Shown one piece after another: positions 26,311-39,159 of a DNA stretch of 39,724 nucleotides; the stretch's first letter is position 1, and each line of letters starts with the position of its first letter. A program made the position numbers and the translations under genes. The DNA is from Bigelowiella natans CCMP2755. Taxonomy: Eukaryota > Protista > Cercozoa. The notes under the pieces were generated by a model, which saw nothing but the letters and a program-made list of their open reading frames with translations, was not told the origin of the DNA and ran no database searches. The stretch spans positions 1-39,724 of the forward strand of contig ADNK01000940.1 in the NCBI GenBank assembly GCA_000320545.1, in the 5' to 3' direction.

Positions 26311-26486
26311 CGGCTGCGGGTAGACGTAGGTAGACGAAGAAGAGTGCCACTTTGTTATGCAGCAAATACGTACGTACGCAACATGGTATTGTTATGTTCT
26401 CGTGTGTGACAATTTCGGCAGTACTTCCCCTGTTACTTCCTCTAAATTCTTAAAAATTGTCGCTACTACTATAATATCAGTTGTCT

Positions 26487-26852
26487 TTAGTCCCTGTGGT
26501 GGAAGGCGTCCTGTGCGAATTTCCAGTTCCCATACCAGTAGGTAAAACCAACAATGGCGAACCCCGGAGTCACGAAAGGGAGATTGAACTTCAAGAACTT
26601 AAGAATGTTGCCAGGGCCCTTCTTCAGCATAGGCGACACTACCTGTGTGTGAGGGGATAATCAAGGTTGAGTGCGAGCATCGCCAGGTTATTAAATATGT
26701 ACAATCTATGCCTCGCTACGTGTAAAAGATCGAACCAATGGTATACACACGTGCATGGTAATGGCCATAGGTAATTGGTACTACATGCCCGTGAGGAAGA
26801 TTATACATAGACACTTCATAGAAATATTCGGCAGAAGATGCACGACCCGCAC

Positions 26853-26888
<36 letters not shown>

Positions 26889-26893
26889 CCACA

Positions 26894-26931
<38 letters not shown>

Positions 26932-26978
26932 ATGAATGTATTGAAGTGCGACCGGGAACTACCCATATACATACCAAT

Positions 26979-27015
<37 letters not shown>

Positions 27016-27563
27016 CACTCAGATCTTAATACATTTCATTTGATACGGACATCATCCATGTTTTACCTTAAGTCTATATGGTGAAACCATGTGTGTCACT
27101 TCGCCATTCACCCTTGGGATCCCTCCCCAGACTTTCTCCATACCAAGCCCAGCATTCTTGTACTTCTGGTTCTTGGGAACGAAGTCGAACTCCGATTTAT
27201 ATGGAGACTTGTTGTTAATCTCGTACCACTAAAGATGAAGATAAGGAGAGAGAGAATTGTTTTTAAAGAAGCAAATAAAGTTTACTGATTTTCCGCTTAT
27301 GTAAAATAGCGTTGCGCGTTTTTCTAGGTTCATTCTTCATTCAGTAAAGAACGAATACTCAAGCGCAAGCATTCAAGACCAAACAACCAACGATGAGTAC
27401 ATGACCGTGCCTCTTTCTAATACCCTCTTATCACCAACACAAAAAATTATTCCTTATTGAGTATTCGTCCCATTTAAACGAAATAGGTAGAGAGCAGCTC
27501 GCGCGTAAAAAGTGGTTTGAGGGGGTGGCAAGCCAGTAGCCACATGCATACCTGGACAGGCAT
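26487..27563 (-). CDS. QCR8: Cytochrome bc1 complex subunit 8 (UcrQ family), 3 coding exons, about 109 aa
   Basis: MPVQ|WYEINNKSPYKSEFDFVPKNQKYKNAGLGMEKVWGGIPRVNGEVTHMVSPYRLK|VVSPMLKKGPGNILKFLKFNLPFVTPGFAIVGFTYWYGNWKFAQDAFHHRD*. The WG...G.VT..SPY motif and single C-terminal TM helix match QCR8. Not visible in the ORF track because it is spliced. Confidence 0.75.
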
Positions 27564-28129
27564 TGCGTCTGAATTAAGACCCTCGCAGTCCCAAGATTTT
27601 TACTAAAATTATTAGAATCAAGGTCGTCTTTGCCAAATAGTCGCAACTTCAGTGAAAAAACTAATGAAAACAAATAATACGTGTGACCGGGTTTCCCACT
27701 CCTGAGCCCGACCTAAAGCGACAAAATCAGATCCCCAGCATACCGATAAAATTAGTGGAATTAAGATTAATATTTCGTACATCCGAAAAGGCCTATAATC
27801 AAGCACAAAAATGCCAGGTTCCACATGTTTCCACGTTATTTAGATGCGTCTTCAATGTTCACGTGTCGCATAAGACGAATAGCATTATTCAAGCCAATGT
27901 AGTAGGCGTCACGGCGTCACACGTCACACTCTTCCATTTTTGGGAAAAGTTGACATGTACAGCCTTTTTACTGTGAAATGGCCAACATTCGGTCTAGTGC
28001 CGAGATGGTAATTCTCACCAAATAGTTGATGTCGCATCAATGAAACACCTTGCAATTTCAGCCCGCTTTCTTCAGTCAACTCTTGCCGACGAAATTCTGA
28101 GGAGCGGTTGCCATGGAATCAAGCCTGAT

Positions 28130-28670
28130 GTCTAGATGTGCCCATCTCCAAAGAGTGCGCCTGGGCCAAACACCACGTGGGTCGTCCCTCATCTCGTCTG
28201 TTCGCTGAGTATCTGGATCAATGGCAGGACAATTATGGCACCCTGCTCAAGTTCAAAGCTAGGACTGGAGTGCACGGCACTGCTTCCGATCCCACCTTCT
28301 GGCCTTGCTAGCTTGTGACCTTGCCAGAATCAACTGCCTGCCTGCCGAAGACGCATCTTGTCGTTTGTGTTGTTCTGGTGCTGTTGAGGATCTTCCTCAC
28401 CTTCTCCTGCATCGTCGCCACACTGTCGCACACAGGGACATCGTGATGCATGATGGACATGCGCAAAGTTGGGTCTGCCCAAGCTAGCAAGGCTCTTGCA
28501 ACTGTGAACAGAGTGGCCTTTGAAGGTGGCGATGACAGACTGTCATGACACACAAGGTGAAAGTTTTGCTTGGCATGCCCTCAGGCTCGAAGATGGTGGA
28601 CATGAGAGTGGACAGAGCCGTCAAGAGTTGCCTGCTGAAGGTGGAAATGCTGGAAAGGAAGCGATGCTTG
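28130..28670 (+). mobile_element. Degraded non-LTR (LINE) retrotransposon, 3' end of the RT ORF
   Basis: Frameshifted pieces AEYLDQWQDNYGTLLKFKARTG, then SCRLCCSGAVEDLPHLLLH (a zf-RVT-like CxxC..E...H knuckle), then KVLLGMPSGSKMVDMRVDRAVKSCLLK. These occur in the order typical of LINE ORF2 C-termini. Confidence 0.7.
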
Positions 28671-29240
28671 CTAGCTTGTCCAGGCTGGAGTTGCGTCTGC
28701 ATTGTGCATGAGCCAACGTGTGTTTGCAGATGATGCAGCGAGTGTTGCAACACTGTCATGGTGCAATGGCGCCATGCCTAAACTTGGACTTCGCTAGAAC
28801 TAGCTCGAGGCACTGCGTTTCGTGCTTTGCAAACATCATGCTAGCATGACACGTTTTGGAAATGCAGTCATCATCAAATTCATTCATTTATCTAGTCATT
28901 CAAAAAATTCTCGATGTACACGAGAGTCCACGAAGCGGGGCCCGTTCAACGCGTTGATGTTTTTTCTGCACATGACAGTCAAAGCGCTAGCAAGCTGTTT
29001 GCCAGAACTCAAATCATGCAGGGAACACAACGCGATTCTCTGTGTGACATTGCACCGCATACGTGGTCTGCTAGTCCATCACGTCGATTGTCTTTCTGCT
29101 TCACTAAAAATTCAATGTGCACGTTTTCGTTTTGATCGAGTACGCATGAGCAGCACGTGCAAGAGAATCTTAAATGTCAAATGTGTGCACAGGAACCATG
29201 CGCATTTGTCTTCTTTTTGTTCTTCTCTGTTCCGGGCACT

Positions 29241-30547
29241 CTAGGTGCTGCCCACCTTCGATCGCGGAATTCGAGCGAAATATTGATAAAAATATACAAG
29301 TAACACACTGAAATAATACAAGATATCTGCCCCGATAGAATATTGCGTTGATTCGTCATCCACAGAATCCGAAAATCTGCTGCTACTCTCTGAAAAAGCC
29401 AGGACTATCACGAAAAAAACCAAGATCACGCTACCTACAAGCCACAGCACAAACCCAGCTAATAGCAACAAATCCAGCTTGCGTGTATTAGGCCGTTTGA
29501 CGGTGATCCCAGTCGTGAGATCTTGTCTCGGCGACACTGCTGACGGCACCCCGGTTCTTTCCACATTGATCGGTGACACTCTCAAGCTACGGAAGAGACG
29601 CTCACTCGCATTTCGCCCCTTCTTCTCCTCGTCTTCTCTATAGGTTTCGTGTTGATGCGACCTCCTGCAAAAAGGTTGATCAAAGTGCCTTTAGTTAACA
29701 TTCTCCCCAAAATCACAAAACTTTCTACACGTCACCCAATCCCCTTGCTTAGACTCCCAATCAATCTCACTACTGCAGTGTGGGTGGAAATTGGATGCAG
29801 GTAGACCCTTGCTCAGACTGGTGCACTCGAGCTGAATTGAATAGGCTGTCCGTGTGGCTTTCCGGTTTCCGGTTCGTGATGGCTGTCCCCTCCGGGTCCG
29901 CCTGCTGCTGTTGCTGCAGCTTCAGTTTTTGGATTTTAGGAAAGCTCGCCGTTTTCCGTGGCGCATTGAAACTGCGATCTTTTGAGGCTGAATTGGCAGT
30001 AGCTCCGTGACTGATGTTATTCTGCATAAGTAGCATTCGCTTTAGGTTTGCCAGAATTAACAGGGTGTGACCGCCAGCGATCGTGAATGAGGTCGAGATG
30101 CCAATAACTCGAAGGGCACTCCAACGGAGCTCATTATTTGCGAAAATAAAAGCTGTTCCAACTGCATTGCATAATATGACTATCAGCGCGTATGAGATAA
30201 ACATTCGTGTTGTCCATTGTGGGAAAGCTAGATTGATGTTGAGAAGCTGATGGTATAAACTCGCTATGACGTAAAGTAAGTAACAGCCTGTTATTGCTTG
30301 AATGCACGAGGCCACAGTGGCAAGTAACAGATAAGGTTGCCAACCTACGAAACAAAGTGAAAATAACGATGATATATTATCATAATATTTTGTTGGTATC
30401 GATGATAGGGTAGCGACAGCTACAGCAGTAATGAAATTATAATAATAAAAGGCTAGCACAAAGTAGTTAAAAGAATCATTTTAGTGCATCGAATATCCTA
30501 GATCCTTGTTCCAAAGGGGACAGTTTACCTTCTCCCCCCCACCCCCC

Positions 30548-30601
<54 letters not shown>

Positions 30602-31150
30602 TTCTCTACTCTCAGGAAGGTGATGATTAGTGCAGAGAACCGAAATACACGGGCTGATGCGCTCCCTGAAGAAACAGCCAAAGGATCAATTGGCAAGTGT
30701 TTCACCACAAATCTCTTCGTTGATGCCACAAAGGAAAATGTTTCATTGGTAGAATAATAAAAACTGTCTCACCATGAACCAGAAGAACTGAGCGACAGCG
30801 ATAGTGAGTGATGCACTGTTGAAGTAGTGTCGTAGGTATATGACAAGGGGGTAATAAAATTTGATTTAAAGAGAGAAGAGATGGACATTATTTCTCTGTG
30901 TGTACATAAGTGCATAAGTGTGTTTTTGATTTTTCGTATGTGCGATGAAAATTTAAGTTTCACATGTGGATCTTTTTTGCTTCAGGGAAACAAAACTTTG
31001 CACTGACGCGTGGATGTTAATTGAGCTGGGTTTGACCCCTTTAATCTGTTTCGCGACAGAGAGCTCCCGCACTCCTAAAATTATCTGAGACAGGCTCATC
31101 AACATGCGAATCGCATCGCTGACCACCCATGCCACAGAGAAATCTCCCAT
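29241..31150 (-). CDS. Seven-transmembrane protein with GPCR-like topology
   Basis: Hydrophobic segments VAWVVSDAIRMLMSLSQIILGV, ASLTIAVAQFFWFM, YLLLATVASCIQAITGCYLLYVIA, MFISYALIVILCNAVGTAFIFA and VIGISTSFTIAGGHTLLIL. These are followed by a long polar loop, then LLLLAGFVLWLVGSVILVFFVIVLAF and ILYYFSVLLVYFYQYFA before the stop at 29241. Confidence 0.65.
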
Positions 31151-32045
31151 GCTTGCAGTGAGACGGGGCTGGGTACACTTGGTCTGTGCTGTAGAGCCCC
31201 TTATTTGGCCCATATGAAGCATAAAATGTATCTTATTCCGTTATTGCGACATAAGTATTTCACTATTTTATATGGAAATTCCCCTCCTTATTCAAGTGAG
31301 ATTGTGAGATTGTACAGCTGATGCGTTCTATTTTGGGACCGTGACTCTATTCGAGCACACAATATGAACCAGCATGGAGAAGAATAAAGGAAATTTGTGC
31401 TCTGCGACAATCATAAAACTTTCTATCTTCCAAGAAATCGTGAATACGAAGACGAGTCCTGTGCGAATGACCGAAGTTTTTTGCCTAATACCGAGGGAAC
31501 GAAGTGAACTTTTCTTTATACTAAACTGATTCCTTGTCGCAGGCTAGAAATTGCTTCTTTCCTTCGCATAGAAGCAGCTGTGGATCTAATCAGGCCTTCC
31601 GGTGCAGACGATGAAAGAGTATCATTGACAAAAGCTGTTCCGATTTTCCAATGCGACTACTATTTGAGCATTAAACATGTGTGTTAAAGTGCATCATTGT
31701 ACTATCATTTCATGTGAATTTGATCCAGAGTATCTTAAATCGTATACGAACACTTCAAAACTCTAATCAAGAACCCGGAGGTTAGAGAGCAGTGATGGCG
31801 AGACGGGGTGGGGGAAGGTGGTTCAGAAGATGATACCAGTTCAGAGGACATTATCACCTTATTACCAATATTTTTCGTGTTATATTTTTGCTGCATCTCA
31901 TCTGGGCACGTTAACATTCACTTCTTCTCGGAGTTCGGAAGAAGAAGGGTCTTGAGAACAGTCTTCCATCCGTGACTTATCTCACTATTTTTGTCATATT
32001 CTATTCACTATCTGCGTGTTAAAAAAGGGAATACGAAAGGAAGAC

Positions 32046-33607
32046 ATGGCGGGACAGAAACTCCATTGTTGCCATCATTGCCACCGATGTGTAATACCTC
32101 ATTTTAACACTGTTCCTCTCGACGACGTGCAAAATTGACCCGCATGGTATCTCAGGTATCGTTCACCGCGTTTGTGTTCGTGGTTGCGTTCTTCATGCCG
32201 GGTTTCATTGCAGGTACTATCATAGAGGACATGTTATGACGTCAAAATTAACGATCGAATGTGATTGAGGCGCTCTACAATCGTTGAGCGTGCTTTCTTC
32301 CTTATTACTCCTCGCATCGTAGTCAGCAATTTGAGGCTTCGAATCTCGCCTTCACAACTTCCTTATGATACCTCCCATAGGAGCATCGACATCTGGTGCC
32401 CCGTGGGCCCACGCCGAAATCTCGATTATTGACAATGTGGATAATCTGACAACATCAAGATGTACGAGAAACTACAAATTTGCCTTGACTCAATATGAGG
32501 TAGACTTGGATGACACCGACGATGATCGTAGCTAGATTGGACTCACGGTTCCTTCCATTATTTAATCTTTTCCCAGGTAGAAAACGACTGTGCTGGGATC
32601 AAAGAGAAGGATGTATACGACTCAGATGCATGCGATAAGAGTCGGAACACATTAATTTAGAAGCTAACTCAATATATAATTTGAAGTCACCATCATAGCA
32701 CAAAATTAATTCCATATAAGCATATATTTTTAAGTTTATTATATACATACATATATTCCGACATGTAAACATCACATGCGGTCTTATATTTGCAGTTCTT
32801 TCACCAGAGTGAGTTCGTATTGTACTTCGAATGACGCTAAACACTTTCCCTTTTCTATGAAGGATTTCAAGGAACAGATATTTGCATTCTCTGCAAGAAT
32901 GGAGGAAATGCCATTCGTCCGTAAACTTCAATATTTTTACTGAGTATAACGTTCCGCTGCTTTGTTCCTCACCTCACCGTCCAGGGTGTCCTTCTCTTTT
33001 TCTTATCTATCTTCTTTTTCTTTTTTCTTATTCTTCTTCACTTTTTCGCCTCTGTCACCATTGCGGCTTTGCTCAGTCAAGCGTGCTATCCATGAACAGT
33101 TGGTTGTTCGCATTATAACCATGTTTCATCACTGAATTTCCTTATATCGTCTCGCACACTCCAGTGGCAATGGCCACGTTAGGTACTGTCGTCGCTATAT
33201 GCGGCTTCATAGTCTTGTTGGTTAAGTATTGTGGAGGTTGCTACTGCAACGAAGAGTTTTCCCCGCAGCTTAGATGGGCCTCTTTCGCGTGCTTCGGACT
33301 CGTATCCGCCTTCACGCTAATGTGGTAGGAGTCTAAACACGAGAACAATGTCATTGGTCGCAATCATGATGTTGATGAGGACGATGACGACGACGATGAC
33401 GACGTTCCCGTAGAGCGATGCCATTGCAACGATTTCGAATTGTCTCCCCTGTGATCGGCTTTACAGTGTTGTTGTTTGCAGTGGTTCTTCCCCCGAAACA
33501 ACTAGTTGCCCTTAGTGATGGCGGAAGCTCATTCGATGATATGCTTTCAATAATCTATTTATCAATAGCTGGTCCATTTGGTTGAACCCATGCTTCCGTG
33601 AGATAGT

Positions 33608-33645
<38 letters not shown>

Positions 33646-34334
33646 ATATATAAAAGTCGCAACTAGCACACATGCACTCCTACAAAACAACCGACACAGC
33701 CCTAAGCCATCATCTCTGCTACCAAACAAACTAAAGACACTAGATGAGCGAAGAGCCGTGAGGTGGTGGCTTTTGGGTTCCATTCTTCGATAAGTGGCGT
33801 TTGGGAAAATGGTTAACAGTAGCCAGCCTCCCTTTACTATCCGAATAATGAGTGCTATTGTTATCGCTATTATTTTCATCGTCATCATTGCCACCATCAT
33901 CATCATTATCAACCACCACCACCACCACCACAACAACAACAATAATGCCATCATCATTGGTTACTAGGATTACCTTGATAACGACGTCCCCGAGCGCTTT
34001 TCGACGGAATCGCGCGTGTGGTTAGGAGGTGCAGTTATGTGTTGTTGGAGGCAGATGTGGAGAATCTTCAACATGAATTCGAACTGAAATCGAGAGGGAG
34101 GGAGGGGGGGGAGGGATAGAGAGGGGGGGAGTTATTGAGTACTTGAATGGAGATGTACTAAATAATGAAAATTGGTATATTGGGCTGGTCCCCCTGAGTT
34201 TCATCCGATTTTCAAAACTTTTCAGGAGGTTGGAGTCTGGTTCTTACAGCATGGGTTACTTATTCTCAACGAATTCAAATGCTGAATATACCAAAATATA
34301 TATGCACACAGTAACTTGCATAGTTTCCCTTCGT

Positions 34335-34380
<46 letters not shown>

Positions 34381-34920
34381 CCTCTTTGTCTCTCCAGGGT
34401 GTTGGTATACAATCATGATCTTTCATTGTAGATATTTTCCGTACTACTGGGCGTCATGGAGGCGATTCCCTTGTGCCTTCCGGATCGCCATGGCCATGGC
34501 CATGCATCTGCTGCAGCTGTGTCTGAAATGAAAGAGGCAGGGGGGGGTTCAGAAGTTGTGACTGTCGTATCAGTCTGCAATCCATCGGTTCGTTTGATTT
34601 CTGTACAAGTAGCCATTTTTCATCACATTGTCTTACCTTCCTCCTTCATTTCCTGCTGCGGAGCATGGATTTAATGAAGGATAGTATGTGCATGTTAGAT
34701 GCAGCCAGCACCTTCTCCTTCCTGTCGTTATTAGATCGTAGCCCTCTGCTCCATATTTAACACGCACACAGCACTATGGGATCGATACTTCATACTTGGT
34801 TTGTTTGATATTGATTAGGGTTGTGACACATAGTGGGATACTGCAAAGAAGTCCGTAGCGCCCCACTCCGATTACATCCCTCCATGCAGGGTTAAGAGAC
34901 GATTGCTATCTGGAACATGA
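32046..34920 (+). CDS. Four-TM claudin/PMP22-like membrane protein; 3' end uncertain
   Basis: Exons VSFTAFVFVVAFFMPGFIAG, APWAHAEI..C..YKFALTQYE, ..DAC..DICILCKNGGNA, MATLGTVVAICGFIVLLV..WASFACFGLVSAFTLM, WSIWLNPC and VWLGGGWSLVLTAW|IFSVLLGV. The layout is TM1, a Cys-rich loop, TM2-TM3, and a G.GW.L..AW TM4. Confidence 0.6.
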
Positions 34921-35801
34921 CGTACAACTACGAACATTGAGACGGAGCCGTAGAGTCATTTGTCAGTTCTTCTTAGCATCTATCGTTCATGTTTGGTGGA
35001 TTATGAAGATTTAGAGATATGGTAAACAAGTACAAAATGCTCAAAATACGGTCATCTATTTGTGTCATGCGATTTGCATGTGTCCGCCTGCATGAAAAAC
35101 CAGCCGAGAAAATCTAGAGATATGTCACTGTGTAGACAGGTCAAAAGTCCAGACTAGCAGGATAAGTCGCGGCTAGCTAGTGTAACACATCACAACATGT
35201 TTTCACGATCCGATGATAGAAATGTAACACATTGCATGTCTATCATGAAGTCTACTACATGGGCTGCAAGCACAAGCACAAAGTAGAAGCGTGCGCATGT
35301 CTAGCTGTGCATGTGATGTCTAGATGTGCATGTGTGCTGTGTGCGGATCTAGCAATAGCTAGATCTAGAGATAAATGTGAGCTGTTCGATTTGCGCTCAC
35401 GGCAGTGCGGTGCATTGCGCTCAAAACTCAAAACCACAATATGATTGCTTAACTGGGAAGATCTAGTCATTAGGCTTGGTCTGCCAGTCTAGCAGTGCTA
35501 GAGTGTCGATTACAAACATTATGCGCACACAACGTGTCGCTCGTTTGTCAAGCACCACACGATACGTTACCTATGTCGATAGCTAGATAGCGTGCATGTA
35601 TATCCATGCGAATGTGGACCAATTCACGTGGAAATGATTGTATTATCGATCTTTCTTCCAGGTTTTGTTTCTGTACAGCAATGCACCTGCCGCTCACACT
35701 ATCTGAATGATATTTGCTCCTACTCAACTTCCAACTCCAGGCTGGCAAATCTCGCTCCTGATTCTCACCATGACAACGAATGGCAAGGTGCAGTTCCTCC
35801 A

Positions 35802-36348
35802 TCACTTTCCGTCATCCTCCTCGTCCGAAAACCACGCCATCCAGTCGATGTCATCACCCCCGCTCTTTTTCTCAGCTTTGTCGCCGTCATTGCGTGTTAG
35901 GGAGCGTGCATCCTCCGACTGTTGCTGCTGCTGCTGCTGCTGCACATTCGCTCCTTTCTGCCTTCCCGAGGCGCTTGAGGAATCGGCGAAAACTCTCCTA
36001 TTCCTCCCACGCATGCTGCTGTCTTCACGAGTAGAAATAACACCTCCTCCCTGTTGGTTCTTCCTCCCCATATTTACGGTGCTGCCATCAGCGAAGCTTG
36101 CACGGGTTCGACGAGGGTGCTGCATAGAAAAGGGGGTTAGGTGGTCCGGAATGATGACAAAATCAAGAGAAAGGGGGGGAGGGGAGGAAAGGAGACTGAG
36201 GCGTGATTTCCGGAATGACAAGTCCCAATTGAGGGTGATGGTGATGATAAGACGATAGTAATGATGATGATGATGGTTATTATAATAATGATGATTAGGA
36301 ACTCGACGATGATGGCATAGTTAATGCCAATAAAAAGAATCGACATAA

Positions 36349-36401
<53 letters not shown>

Positions 36402-36699
36402 CGTGGCGTGTTTTACGTCGGATATCCTTCTCGGAGCGCGCTCCTCGTCGCCTCCCCCAGAAGCGGCCAGTGTCCTTGTCGCCGTGCCCCCCTCTGCGAA
36501 GAACTCATCGTCATCTTCATACTCCTCATCAGAATCCTCTGACACGTCTGAGAAATCGTCCCATCGTTGTGCCTCCTGGCCGCCCCATCTAGGTAGAAGA
36601 TGTTGGAAAAGAGAGAGGATGTTCATTTACAGATGATGGGGGGGGAGAGGGTGGCGGATTGATTTATGATGGCAGTTATGTTGTTGTTGTTGTTGTTGT

Positions 36700-36730
<31 letters not shown>

Positions 36731-37532
36731 GGTGGTGAGTGGCATGATCTCTCGAATTGACGACGACGATGACAACGCTCATAAAAAAGGTCAATGTGGT
36801 ATTTCTCATTGTAGAACTTAGAAACGAATAATGCACCCTGTCCTCTCGGCGCGCTTCTTGGCGGCCTCTTTCTTCTTCCTCCTAGCCTCCGCACGCTCTC
36901 GCGCCTCTTCGTCTTTGGATGCCGAGAATGTGTCCCTGTTTGTTAGGCATGGGCAGTAGCATAGAGACAACGACGACGATGATGATGATGATGATGATGA
37001 TGATGTGAGCGATGGATGATGATTGGCAGCGATGATGGCAACGTGCACGATGATTTATGATGATGATGATGATTATTATTATTATTATGATTAGTATGAA
37101 TATATCGATGCTGCGGTGGGTGATGATGATGAAAAGAAATCCACACATCGATGCTAGTGGTGGTGATGATATTGAAGAGAAATCCACGCAAAGAACCAGC
37201 TTGGCAAAGTACATATGCGGCCACAGCAGGGAGCGGCGGATACAACGGCTTCTTTATTCATTTATATAGTTCGGAAGGAGAAAGCTATGAGCAGAGGAAA
37301 GGTACCCACCATTGTGCGAATGCCGCATCTAGCTTCTTGCTACGAGCAAAGTCGTCGATCATTCGCTTCGCCACGCTCACCTAGGCGTTGTGTTTGTACG
37401 GTGTTTGTACGGGAAACATCCAAACAGTTTTGGTTTTGATTCATGTATACGACGCCCCACCAGCGAGTAAAAAGTAAAACGGTCTATTCGTTTTGTTGAG
37501 TTATTCGTCGATATCTTCAATATCATCACCAC

Positions 37533-37563
<31 letters not shown>

Positions 37564-38421
37564 TTCATCATAATTCTTGATCGTTGTGATGGGTATTATT
37601 ATGCGCCGCTGTTTGATTCATACTCACCTGCGGTCCTCTGGCCAAAATGGTGACTCTACCTCGCCTCCCTAGTTGTTTATAAGGAGCGAGCAATGATGCG
37701 GCAGAGAACGGACAATCTCCAGCCCCATGATGATATCCATACAACTATAACAATCTCTCTCGAAAACCATACCGCTGATAGCCTCCCTCCCCCCCCCCTC
37801 CCGTTGTCCTTCACTTTCATCCCCGCATCGTCCCCTCTTTCAATCACCTGCTCGGCCTGTTCTTCCTATCCGCCTAACGATCTCAATGTTGTCTCTTGGC
37901 CAGTCAAACAGCACCTAGTTAGCAGCGAGCCACCATCATCATCATCATCATCATCATCCTCATCCTCATCACCATCCTCGTCATACGTGTGGAGGGGGGG
38001 AGACGGTACAGCAATATGACTTGTCGCCACGTACTTCAAACAACAGGGTGTGAGCATATATATCCTCTCGATCAAGCATCGGTCTCTCTCCCCTCCCTTA
38101 TTCCCCTCCTCTCTCTACACAATGAGGAGGAGGCCACACACAACACAGCAGCAGCAGCTTTCGCGCGCATAATAACTACCACGTGATCAACGGGCGCCAT
38201 GTCGAAGTCAAAGCCCTTGGAGGCCCTTCCTGATGTAATCATCACCCGCCGCCTACTTACTCCTCCTCCTCCTCCTCCTCCTCCTCCTCCTCCTCGTTGT
38301 TGTTGTTGTTGTTGTTGTGCCTCTTCACCGCCGCTACCAAAAACAAAGGCCGCAAAGTTTTGCTTTTGTCTTTTCGGGTCGATTGCTCCGTGAAATGCCA
38401 AGATCTGGTATACACACACAC

Positions 38422-38491
<70 letters not shown>

Positions 38492-38832
38492 GGAATAATA
38501 TAATGAGCGACGATGACGAAGGAGGACGGCGGGAAGAGGAGGGGAGGGGGAGGACAAAGAGGCTGGGTTGCCCTACCCACATCTCTCATGATTTTCTACC
38601 CTTTCTTTAATATTATATATATATGTATATATATATATATGCATTTATATTATACATATTTAATATACAGTGTCCTCCCTCTCTCGACTCCTCCCCCCCA
38701 ATTCCCAGTTCATTCTCCCTGTAGTCCTTCACCTGCATGCTGCCGCTAGGTGACATTGCTGCTGCTGCTGATGAAGCTAAGCTATCGAGCGAGTCTGCAC
38801 AACAAACCGTCGTCAGACCCAGAAGATATATA

Positions 38833-38875
<43 letters not shown>

Positions 38876-39034
38876 TTTGTTTGTGTGTGTATAAGGAATA
38901 TATCCTCATGATGCACCTCCTCCTCTGCCCTTCCCCAGTGCCGCCTCTAGGTCTCCACGGTGGCTGCTGCTACTGCGCACTCCGCCGACTACAAAAACAC
39001 GATAAGAGGAGGAGGAGGAGGCGAGTAGAGTTAG

Positions 39035-39077
<43 letters not shown>

Positions 39078-39128
39078 TATTTATGTATATATGCGTATGC
39101 AATACTACTAGTTCTATCAGTGCTACTG

Positions 39129-39159
<31 letters not shown>

